A stretch of 64,000 bases of DNA from an uncultured Acidobacteriota bacterium (GCA_963776315.1 CAVZMJ010000004.1:88298-152297); one strand, 5' to 3'. Positions 53,130 through 61,842 are shown, counted from the stretch's first letter. A program made the numbers and translations. Notes: generated by a model from the letters alone, not told the origin.

Positions 53130-53631
53130 GCTCGTGCTCGGGCTGGCGCGGTATCGCGTCCGTCTCGGATTCATCGCTGCGGCCGCCGCGCTGTGGCTGG
53201 CGCGACCGACGACGCGGAGCCTCGCCGCCGGGGCCGCGGTTGCTGTCGTCGGGGAGTTGCTGCGGATCTGGGCCGCCGGACACCTCGAGAAGGGTCGCGA
53301 AGTGACCGCGTCGGGTCCGTATCGCTTCAGCCGGCATCCGCTCTATCTCGGCTCGGCGCTCATCGGGGCGGGGTTTGCCGTGGCGTCCGCGAGCCTGCCC
53401 GCCGCGGTGCTGGTCGTCGTCTACCTGGTGCTCACGTATGGCGCCGCCATCCGGAGCGAGGAAGCACACCTGACGGAGAAGTTCGGTGCGGCGTATCCGG
53501 AGTACAGGGATGGCCGTTCGAGGCAAGCCGAACGCCGCTTCAGCCTGCAGCGCGTGATGCGGAACCGCGAGTACCGCGCCGCCGCGGGGCTTCTCCTCGT
53601 CCTCGCGCTGCTCGCCTGGAGGATTGGCTGA
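53122..53631 (+). CDS. Isoprenylcysteine carboxyl / phospholipid methyltransferase-family membrane protein
   Basis: 'SGPYRFSRHPLYLGSALIG' and 'EEAHLTEKFGAAYPEY' are ICMT/PEMT signatures. It overlaps the waaC end by 8 nt. Confidence 0.75.
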   Translation: MSELVLGLARYRVRLGFIAAAAALWLARPTTRSLAAGAAVAVVGELLRIWAAGHLEKGREVTASGPYRFSRHPLYLGSALIGAGFAVASASLPAAVLVVVYLVLTYGAAIRSEEAHLTEKFGAAYPEYRDGRSRQAERRFSLQRVMRNREYRAAAGLLLVLALLAWRIG

Positions 53632-53830
53632 CCAGGCGCGCTCGGACCGCGGCCTGGGAAGGAGTGCATCCCCTGTGCTTGCGCTGCTTGCGTGGAAGGT
53701 TCTATAATCCGGTGTTTGGGGTGGGTAGCCGGCGGGCACGTCAGGGCTTCGCCCGGCCGACTGGGGCTTGCCTGCCGAAGCGCGAAGCGCAAAGCGGGCC
53801 TGCCGCGCCGTAGCGCGATAGCGCGAAGGC

Positions 53831-53905
53831 GGGCGGTTAGCTCAGCGGTAGAGCACCGGCTTTACACGCCGGCTGTCACAGGTTCGAATCCTGTACCGCC
53901 CACCA
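53831..53905 (+). tRNA. tRNA-Val (anticodon TAC), CCA encoded
   Basis: Acceptor GGGCGGT/ACCGCCC, anticodon stem CCGGC/GCCGG with loop TTTACAC, and T-loop GTTCGAATC. Confidence 0.9.
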
Positions 53906-54027
53906 ACCTTCGCTCGCATGCCAGGCGAAGGTTGCCCGCCGTAGCGCACGCGCGAAGGCGGGCTGCACTACGGTGAGCAAGCTTCGGCTGGCAAGCCAGA
54001 GATCGTGTTCGCGCAAGTTTCCAATAC

Positions 54028-54104
<77 letters not shown>

Positions 54105-54366
54105 ACAAATCCAGTCATATCAATAGTCTGCACGCTGCACGATCGGGTGGTGACAGCCCGATCCTAGGGGTGCATTGGCGGCGCGCGTTCAAAGGTGTTT
54201 GCCAAGAGAACAGATGCGTCAGGTGGTCCCTGAGGGCCACCCGGTTACCAACCCGAATCCGCCAGCATGTCGGCAGTCCCTTGACGCCCTCCACGTCGAC
54301 GCCGGCGAGCTTCAAGGCGGCACGATACTTGAGGGATCAATCACGGAGTCATACTGATTCGTTCCG

Positions 54367-57300
54367 TTACGGCTTCAGCTTGGCGAGCTCGTCGGCGGTG
54401 AACGGATCCTCGCCCTTTTCGAGCATCGCGATCCACCGTCGCCGCGGAGCCCTCTGGTCCTCCGTGTACTGGGCGTCGTTGGCGAACGCCCGGAAGTCCT
54501 CGATAGCTCCTGCGATATCCCCCGTGCGGGCACGGTTGAGGCCGCGGCTGTCGCGGTGGCCATTGAGATATTTTGTTCCGGCGCCCAGCTGCACGGCGGC
54601 GGCGCAGGCCTTCCGCACTTCGGGGTGCCTCAACAGATCGGCGGCGCCGAGACTGCCGCGCCAGCATAGGGAATTGGCCGTGAGGTGTTCGGTGTCGAAG
54701 GGTGTGCGCGTCGCGCCAGCCGCGCGGAGCTTCGCGACCGTCTCGAGCGCTTCGCTCACCCTCATGGCCTGAAGTAGCGCCAATGCGTGGCTGACCGTGA
54801 CGCTCTGCACGAGCGACACCGTCTCGGCGTCGATGTCGAAGGTCTGCGACGGGTCGTAGTCGCGCACGAGGCCGAGCAGCATACGAATGCTTTTTTCGTC
54901 GTCGCCATTCCTGGCCGCGGCCTGCGCGAGCTCGCGAAGGCTGGCGGTCAGGTCCTCGCGTCCGCTCTGCTCGAGCGTCTCCGTGCGGTTACCGAAACTA
55001 GACGCAGAATCGAACCGCTCGAGCAGGTTGCGGCCCTCTTCGGTCCGCGCCGCGCGGGCGAGCACTTCCGCCTGCGCGACCGTGCCGTAGAGGTCCTGGC
55101 GACCGGCGGCGGCGATGGTTTGTGCGCTGATCGCTGCCGCATGTTCGGCGGGATTCAGCGCAAGTCCCGGCAGCGTCCGCTGCGCGGACGCGAACTTTGC
55201 TGTGGCACCCTTGACGTCGCCCAGTCTCGCCAGCCGGTTGCCTTCCATGACGTCGCCGAACGCCGCACTCAGCGCATCGCACCAGGGGCCCTCGCATTCG
55301 TCGTCCTGAAGGTTGCGGGTGAGCGCCGTCAATCCCGCCGGCAACTGTCCGGCGAGGCGCGCCGGCAACAGGCGAACGATTCCATCGTCGCCGGCGACGA
55401 TGACGGCCGCCGAGTCGTCCGTGAAGCGGATTCCGGAAATGCCGCTGAGACCTGCGACGCTCGTCACCACATCAGTGTCGAGCTGTGGGGCATCCAGGTT
55501 CCAGACCCGCACGGTCTTGTCATAACTGCCGCTGGCCAGCAGGTTGCCGCCGGCGCTGAATGCCAGGGCTTTCACCGACCCGCCATGGGCCGACCACGTT
55601 CGTTCCGTCGGCTGGACGGAGCCATCGAAGCCCGCGAGATTCCAGATCCTGATGTTGCGGTCGCTGTGCCCCGCCGCCAGGCGCCGGCCGTTCTGAGTGA
55701 ACGCCAGGCTGAGAACCGGCGACGACGTGGACGCGAGCAATGCCGGTGGCGGCAACAGCCGGTCCTTGAGCTGACCGAGATAGATCCTCCCGTCCATCAA
55801 TCCGATGGCGATCTGTTGGCCGTCGGGGCTGAACACCGTCGCGGACACGTTCTGGCCGGCCGAGCGCGTCGGGCTCATCGCCGGGAGCGAGATCGGTGCA
55901 CCGAGCGGCATGGCGGACGAGACGTCCCAGAGCTTGACGGAATCACGTCCCGCGGAAAGCAGGACTGTTCCGTCGGGATTGAACGCAAGGCTGTCGCTCA
56001 CGCTGGTCTCTGGAAGGACCCGCTCGAGCTTTCGAGCAGCTGTCTGGTAGATGGCGATGCTGCAGCCATCCGTGCAGACAGTGAAGGCTGCCCGTGATCC
56101 GTCAGGACTCACGACGGCCATGCGGGCGCCACGCACCTCGAACGCACCAACGCTTTCGCGTCCGGGTTTTGCGAGGCTCCAGAGCCGGACTACGCCGGTG
56201 TTGCTGCCTGTGACGAAAGCCTGACGTCCGACAGCCGAGAGGCTCGCGATCGGTTCGGTGCTCCACCCGAGAATCGTCCCGGATCCCGGTACGAGGTTCC
56301 ACAGGCGGACGCCGCTGGATGATCCGGTCGAGGCGAGCGTCGCCCCGTCCGGACTGATCCGGAACATGCCCGCTTCCCGTGCCGGCAGCGCGAACTGCGC
56401 GGCAACGGTGAGGCTGCCTGCGCCAGCCGTACTGCGCAGCAGCGTTCCAGCCGTACGCGCGGCTCCCGGCCCGACGGTGAGCGTCGTGACGATCCCGTCG
56501 GCGCCAATCGCGAGCACGCGGCCTTCACGCGACACGCCGATTGCCCTGACGGCTGTCGGCAGCTCGTAGCGCGCGACTTCCGCCTCGGTGTTCCTGGACG
56601 AGAGCGGCAACGGGCGCGCCACTCGCACCAACCGATCCTCGCTCGCCGTGATCAACCGCTGGCCGTCGGGATGGAACACGAGATCGGTAACGCCGGGCTG
56701 GTCGACGACGTTCGCGATGTGCTCTCCGGTCTTGGCGGCCCAGATCTTGACCAGGGGCCCACCGCCTGCACTGGCAATCAGCGCGCCGGTCGGGCTGAAC
56801 GCGACGGCTTTCACGGGGCCGTTCTTGTCGTGTTCGAGCGTCCGATAGGCGTTCGCCGACAGCGCCCACAGGTGCACGTCGCCGCCGGCACCGATCCCGG
56901 CGAGATAGCGGCCGTCGGGACTGAATGAAAGACGGTCGATAGCGGGCGATGGATCGGCGAGCGCGCGGATCGTCGCGCCGGTCTGCGCGTCGAGGATCTG
57001 CAGCGCCTTGCCGGCGACCGCGAGCTGCCTGCTGTCCCAGCTATAGCCGATCGCGGCCGGTGAGGCTACGGCAAACGACGCCACCCGTCCGCCGCTTGTG
57101 GCGTCGGAGATGGTGATACGGGTTGGGCTCGCGGTTGCGATCCGCCGGCTGTCGGGACTGAAGGCCACCGCGACTACGTCGGACGAACCGGGTAGCGCGA
57201 GACGCAGCCGATTCGCCTGGATCACCTGGTGAAGCGTCGACGCCACCGACGGCGGAAGCGCCTGCCCGTTCAGCTCGAGGAGCAGCGCCGCCTGCACCGC

Positions 57301-59355
57301 GAGCAGGATGGAATGTTCGGGGTCGTCGCTCAGCGACTTCTTCGCCGCGTCCGCCCACGTCGTCGCGTCGAACAGACGGGCCTTGGTCCGGTCTGCCGCG
57401 AGCAGCTTCTCGATCTGGATTTTCTGCGCGGCGATCAGCTCTGCCCGCCGTTGGGCCGTACCCGTCGCGACTTCAGCCCGGTTCTTCGCATCGAGGGCGT
57501 CCTGTCGCGCCCGGTCAGCGCGTCCTTCGGCAGCCCGCGCGTCGATGAGCGCCCGGTCAGCGACCTCCTTCGCATCGACTGCCTTTTTCGTCTCCTCGCT
57601 GGCGAGGTTCCAATTCCAGAGCGCAGCGTGCGTGCTGCGGTTCGCCTCGACCATCCGCGTGAACGCGAACACGGCCAAGGCCACTGACACGCACGTCATC
57701 GTCACGAGCACACGCCGGACGCGGCGGTGACGCCGGCGCGCCGCATTGGCTGCTGTGCGGCTGGCCTCGACCAGGGCCCGCAGGTCGTCGCTGACCAGCG
57801 TCGCGGCGTCGGGCGATGCGAGCCACGTCTCCGCCTCGAGCAGGGCCACACTCTTCAGCAGCCCGGCTTCGCCGCGGCCGTGACGGATCCATTCCGCCGC
57901 CTTGGCCTCGAGCCGGCGCCCGGTGGTGATTCGCTCACGATCGCGATCGAGCAGCATCACCAGTCGATCCCAGTTGCGCACCAGCGCTTCGTGCGCGATC
58001 TCGACCTCGGTGTCTGCCTCGGAGTCGCCAGTCAGCCTGATCAGGCGGCCCTCGATCAGCCTGTCGAGCACGCGGTTCACGTGCTGGCACGGTCCGATGT
58101 TGTAGAGCGACTGCCGCCGCACGCGGTTCGCCACGTTGTCCTGGCCGTTGCCGGGACGCACCAGCCGCATGAAGATCCGATCGGCCATCACCCGGTCTTC
58201 CGGCACCAGGCTTTCCATGAACTTGTCGGCCGACCGCGTCAGCGCCAGCCGCCCGCCGCCGAGTTCGCGGTAGGCGTGCAGCGTCACGCGGTTGTGCTCG
58301 CGCCGCTCCCACAACTGCAGCAGCGTGAACTGCAGCAGCGGCAGCGCCGCCGGCTCGCCCAGGATGTCGTGCACCAGCGCCTCGACGACGCCCTGCTCGA
58401 ACTTCAGGCCGATCTGCTCGGCCGGCCGTTCGATGGCTTCGCGCAGCTCCGCGGCGGTCAGCGGCATCACCGGCTCGAGCGCATTCTCCAGCAGCCGCTG
58501 CAGCTCGGGCTCGCGCGCCACCGCGCCGATGAAGTCGTTGCGCATCGTCAGCAGGACGATGTGTCGCGAGTCGGGGTGGCTGGCGAGGATGGCCAGCGCC
58601 TTTTCGAACGCGACGCGTGCCTCCGAGTCCTGCTGCAGGGTGGCGACTTCCTCGAACTGATCGACGACGAGCACCACCGGCTGGTCGGAGCGCTCCTCCA
58701 GCATCGCCAGCAGCGCTGCCGGATCGGCCTTCAGGATTTGCGCGATGTCGGTCGTGGCCGCGCCCTCCGGCCATCGACGCTCGATCGTCTGCTCGAGGTT
58801 GGCGAGCGGATCCACGCCCGGCACCATGCGTCCGAGATAGGTCCAGCGCTCGCTGCCCGGGAGCGCTCCCGCCTTCAGTGCCGGGATCAGTCCGGCCAGC
58901 ACGAGCGATGACTTGCCGCTGCCGGAGGGCCCGATTACCGCGACGAGCTTCTCGTGGCGCAGGCGCGAGACCAGGCTGCCGATCGCCTGCTGGCGCCCGA
59001 AGAACATTCCGGTCTTCTGTTCCACGAAGGAGTCGAGGCCGACGTAGGGTACCGCGCTCTCGTCAAGCGTGGGCGCCAGCGCGGGATCGAACGGGGCGAG
59101 CGTGGACTCGGGCACCGGCCGTTGGGCGCGGTACAGCGTGGTCGCCCAGAAGTCGAGCAGGCTCTGCGCGGCCGCCTGGTCGTGCTCGTCGTCCAGAATG
59201 GCGCCGGTGGCGACGCCGCGGCAGATGAACGTCTCCATCTGCGCAAAGGTGTCCGAGGCCTCGGGGTCGTCCCGGTAGATCTTCTGCAGCCGCCGGTGTT
59301 CGGCGCGGAGCGCCGGCAGCGACGCGAACGCGGTCTCGACGTCGCACGTAGTCAT
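54367..59355 (-). CDS. STAND NTPase (nSTAND/NACHT-like P-loop) with a TM helix, coiled coil, about two WD40-like beta-propellers and a helical-repeat C-domain (1662 aa)
   Basis: The real start is the ATG at 59355, overlapping the TIR gene stop (ATGA). 'PYVGLDSFVEQKTGMFFGRQ...VIGPSGSGKSSLVLAGLIPAL' carries Walker A at 58906-58932. Walker B 'VVLVVDQFEE' is at 58651-58677. The TM helix 'VLVTMTCVSVALAVFAFTRMV' is at 57649-57711. At least 11 blades of the form 'FSPDG...V(R/K)(L/I)W(N/D/A)' span roughly 55363-57210. The ORF is uninterrupted. Confidence 0.85.
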   Translation of the reverse strand: MTTCDVETAFASLPALRAEHRRLQKIYRDDPEASDTFAQMETFICRGVATGAILDDEHDQAAAQSLLDFWATTLYRAQRPVPESTLAPFDPALAPTLDESAVPYVGLDSFVEQKTGMFFGRQQAIGSLVSRLRHEKLVAVIGPSGSGKSSLVLAGLIPALKAGALPGSERWTYLGRMVPGVDPLANLEQTIERRWPEGAATTDIAQILKADPAALLAMLEERSDQPVVLVVDQFEEVATLQQDSEARVAFEKALAILASHPDSRHIVLLTMRNDFIGAVAREPELQRLLENALEPVMPLTAAELREAIERPAEQIGLKFEQGVVEALVHDILGEPAALPLLQFTLLQLWERREHNRVTLHAYRELGGGRLALTRSADKFMESLVPEDRVMADRIFMRLVRPGNGQDNVANRVRRQSLYNIGPCQHVNRVLDRLIEGRLIRLTGDSEADTEVEIAHEALVRNWDRLVMLLDRDRERITTGRRLEAKAAEWIRHGRGEAGLLKSVALLEAETWLASPDAATLVSDDLRALVEASRTAANAARRRHRRVRRVLVTMTCVSVALAVFAFTRMVEANRSTHAALWNWNLASEETKKAVDAKEVADRALIDARAAEGRADRARQDALDAKNRAEVATGTAQRRAELIAAQKIQIEKLLAADRTKARLFDATTWADAAKKSLSDDPEHSILLAVQAALLLELNGQALPPSVASTLHQVIQANRLRLALPGSSDVVAVAFSPDSRRIATASPTRITISDATSGGRVASFAVASPAAIGYSWDSRQLAVAGKALQILDAQTGATIRALADPSPAIDRLSFSPDGRYLAGIGAGGDVHLWALSANAYRTLEHDKNGPVKAVAFSPTGALIASAGGGPLVKIWAAKTGEHIANVVDQPGVTDLVFHPDGQRLITASEDRLVRVARPLPLSSRNTEAEVARYELPTAVRAIGVSREGRVLAIGADGIVTTLTVGPGAARTAGTLLRSTAGAGSLTVAAQFALPAREAGMFRISPDGATLASTGSSSGVRLWNLVPGSGTILGWSTEPIASLSAVGRQAFVTGSNTGVVRLWSLAKPGRESVGAFEVRGARMAVVSPDGSRAAFTVCTDGCSIAIYQTAARKLERVLPETSVSDSLAFNPDGTVLLSAGRDSVKLWDVSSAMPLGAPISLPAMSPTRSAGQNVSATVFSPDGQQIAIGLMDGRIYLGQLKDRLLPPPALLASTSSPVLSLAFTQNGRRLAAGHSDRNIRIWNLAGFDGSVQPTERTWSAHGGSVKALAFSAGGNLLASGSYDKTVRVWNLDAPQLDTDVVTSVAGLSGISGIRFTDDSAAVIVAGDDGIVRLLPARLAGQLPAGLTALTRNLQDDECEGPWCDALSAAFGDVMEGNRLARLGDVKGATAKFASAQRTLPGLALNPAEHAAAISAQTIAAAGRQDLYGTVAQAEVLARAARTEEGRNLLERFDSASSFGNRTETLEQSGREDLTASLRELAQAAARNGDDEKSIRMLLGLVRDYDPSQTFDIDAETVSLVQSVTVSHALALLQAMRVSEALETVAKLRAAGATRTPFDTEHLTANSLCWRGSLGAADLLRHPEVRKACAAAVQLGAGTKYLNGHRDSRGLNRARTGDIAGAIEDFRAFANDAQYTEDQRAPRRRWIAMLEKGEDPFTADELAKLKP

Positions 59356-60845
59356 GCCGTTACCCTCAGCACACTGCTCAACGGCTCCCCGACGCTGAAG
59401 AGCTCGTCGCACTGGTTCTTGAGATCGGCGTCGGTGTTGTAGAAGCGGATGCCTACCTGGCGGCGCAGCAGCCGGAAGCCGCGCGAGACCTTGGCGGTCT
59501 CGCCGGCGTTGATCGCGCTCTGCAGGCCGTCACACTCGGCGAGGAACGACGGCATCCACGGCACGCCGCCGTAGCTCTCGGCGATGCGCCCGACCAGCTC
59601 GTGCACGTCGGGCCACCAGGCGCCGAGATCCTCGAGGTTCTTGTCCATCGCGCGCAGCTGCGCGTCGAACTCCTGCCACATGTCGTGGCGGTGCAGCAGC
59701 GAGCTGAGGTTCTTCTCCATGCGGTCGAGCGCCTCGACGCCAGAGCGGAACTGCTGCAGCCGGGGAGACTCGCTTTCCACCGTCGCGGCGTAGTCGCGCA
59801 GGTCGCTCAGCGCCTTGACGAGGTCGGGCAGCCTGAGGGCGCCGGCCGCCGCGGTGAGGCGGTTGTTGATCTGCGGCAGCCGCAGGGTGAGCTGCCGGTT
59901 GACGCGGCGGATGACGTCCTTCAAGAGCGCCGGATCGTCCTGCGCCAGCGCCCGCCGCAGATCGTTCAGTGCCGCGTCCAAGACCTCGATCCACTTCGCT
60001 TCGGCCTCGGAGAACTGCCGGGCGATCTGCCGCAGCTGCTGGGTGACGTCCTCGAAGATGATGCGGTACTCGTCGAGCTCGGCCTTTGCCTCGTCGTCGT
60101 CCGGGAAGTCGGCGGCCACGCGCTCCATCGGGTCCTCGACCTTCTGGTGCAGCTCGTGGAGCCGGTCGTGGAGACCCTTGTAGCCGGTGACCTCCACGAT
60201 TTGCTTACGCGCCGTCTCGAACACCGCGCTGAAGCGCAGCGCCATTTCCTTGATGCGGTCGTCCCTCGTGAGCTTCGACAGCGCGCCAAGACCCGCGACG
60301 ACGGGAGCCGAGGACACCGGCACCGGCGCCTTCGGCGTGGCGATCGGCGTCGGCATCGCCGGCACAGGACGATCCGACGGCGACAGCGCCCGGATGACCC
60401 GTGCGAACTCGCGCTCGTAGCCGTCGGGGTCGACGAAGTTCGCGCAGGTGGTGATCGACAGACGCCGCGGGAGCTCGGTCGGCGCAATCAGGATGGGCAG
60501 GAGCTTGCGCCGGCGGCCGTCGGGATCGATCGACTGCGCGAACGAGAACTCGAACCCCGACCACTCGCTCTCAATCCAGTTGGGACTGACGACGAGCACG
60601 ACGTGCTGGCTCGCGTCCACGAACCGCTCCATGTTGTCGCGGGCCAGCGAGCCGATGTCGAAGTCGCGATAGTCGATCACGACGCGCAGCCCGGCCTGTT
60701 CCAGCACCGGCAGCAGATAGGTGTCCACCCACGCCCGATCCTTGTGGCTGTAGCTGATGAAGGCGTGGTACTGGTGGGTGCCGTCTATCGACGCCGTTGG
60801 TGGCGGCGGTGGGCCGGGGTGCACGGGGAGGTCGGTGTTCAGCAT
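59352..60845 (-). CDS. TIR-domain protein with a ~300-aa uncharacterised alpha-helical C-terminal domain (497 aa)
   Basis: TIR motifs 'YHAFISYSHKDRAWV', 'RVVIDYRDF' and 'VVLVVSPNWIESEWSGFEF' (W95-x3-E99) lie at about 60381-60773. A Pro-rich linker and a helical region (59355-60278) follow. It is translationally coupled to the STAND gene. Confidence 0.85.
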   Translation of the reverse strand: MLNTDLPVHPGPPPPPTASIDGTHQYHAFISYSHKDRAWVDTYLLPVLEQAGLRVVIDYRDFDIGSLARDNMERFVDASQHVVLVVSPNWIESEWSGFEFSFAQSIDPDGRRRKLLPILIAPTELPRRLSITTCANFVDPDGYEREFARVIRALSPSDRPVPAMPTPIATPKAPVPVSSAPVVAGLGALSKLTRDDRIKEMALRFSAVFETARKQIVEVTGYKGLHDRLHELHQKVEDPMERVAADFPDDDEAKAELDEYRIIFEDVTQQLRQIARQFSEAEAKWIEVLDAALNDLRRALAQDDPALLKDVIRRVNRQLTLRLPQINNRLTAAAGALRLPDLVKALSDLRDYAATVESESPRLQQFRSGVEALDRMEKNLSSLLHRHDMWQEFDAQLRAMDKNLEDLGAWWPDVHELVGRIAESYGGVPWMPSFLAECDGLQSAINAGETAKVSRGFRLLRRQVGIRFYNTDADLKNQCDELFSVGEPLSSVLRVTA

Positions 60846-61140
60846 CGGCGACGAGCCTCTTGCGGTGCCTTGCTGCTCCGCGCCCGGGCGTCCCCGCGCA
60901 CATCGCGCGAGAAATCCCGACCTGCGCGGTTGTCGACGGCAACGCGTTCAATGTTTGCAGGTCGACGTGCAACGCATCGCAACGGGCGTGCCTGCTGAGA
61001 TCTGGAAGGGAGCGCGGGCGGTAAATGCTTGCAGCGAAACGTCGAAAGGAGCCTGGAGATTGACCGGGCGTTGCCCGCTCCGGAGCCGGAGTCGCTATCC
61101 GAACCGCTAGTCCGCTATCCGAATGGATAGGCGCTGGGGC

Positions 61141-61278
61141 GCTGCGGCGGATCTTCTGGTACTGTCCATGGACCAGCCTCCCTCGCAGATCTGGCCCACG
61201 TTCTTGCGGAATCACATTGGCCAGATCCTGCGGCAGTTCGCGTCGAGCATACGCCGAGGCGCCAGGTCTCTGAGATAA
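61141..61278 (+). mobile_element. Short remnant of an integrase/transposase (rve-type) gene
   Basis: Translation 'DQPPSQIWPTFLRNHIGQI' resembles the conserved 'PSQ(T/S)WRTFLRNH' block just before the catalytic core of IS-type integrases. No catalytic core follows. It is preceded by the direct repeat CGCTATCCGAA (61093 and 61113) and the palindrome CTATCCGAATGGATAG (61115-61130). Confidence 0.4.
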
Positions 61279-61399
61279 TCAGGCCCGTCCGGCGTCTAAG
61301 AGCGTCAATGAATGAAATGCCGGTGTCGGTTCGGCCAGCCCTTCGGCGGCTCGCGCGGCGTCTCGCCATCGGCCTCTTTCTGGACGTGTGGCCGGCGTG

Positions 61400-61842
61400 G
61401 GCGGTCGCGAGTCTCACCAGAGTTCGAGCCGCGGCCGGATCCCGACGAGGGTCGGACAACGCTGCGCGAGATGGCGCGGGTCACCGGCGGCATCGAGCGA
61501 ACGACGTGGGACGACGTCTTCAACACGGCCCATCTTCGGAGCCGCCAGCTGCGCGATCTGGTGATACCGCTCACGCTGATGCTGCTGGTCCTGCACGTGG
61601 CCGAGATCGGCGGACGGCGACTGTTGCTGTTTGCCGCCGCACGCGGGTGGCTGGGAACCGTGAGGTTTCCAAGGCTGCCGGGTGGATGGACCCGCGCAGG
61701 GTCGCGGCCGGTGGTGGTGTCCCAGGATCCTGACGGGGAAGGTGCGCCGTCTGGTGAGACTACACGTGTCGCACCGCCAAGCCCCGCGACGTCGCCGCTG
61801 GCGCGGGCCAAAGCAAAGGCGCGCGATCGGATGGGACTCTGA
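61400..61842 (+). pseudogene. 3' fragment of a membrane-anchored (possibly VWA/Bat-like) protein gene
   Basis: 'TLREMARVTGGIERTTWDDVF...RQLRDLVIPLTLMLLVLHVAEIGGRRL' resembles the C-terminal TM and tail of large VWA-type proteins. There is no matching N-terminal body, and a frame break separates it from ORF 61308. Confidence 0.3.

Noticed and set aside
57727-60998. Long plus-strand ORFs (394 aa and 465 aa) antisense to the STAND and TIR genes, and similar antisense ORFs elsewhere (642-1565, 10070-11122, 21314-22171, 35288-36580, 52624-53739)
   Set aside because: Their composition is dominated by Arg, Ala, Gly, Pro, Asp and His with no motifs. They mirror well-supported genes on the opposite strand. 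These are typical stop-poor shadow ORFs of high-GC DNA.
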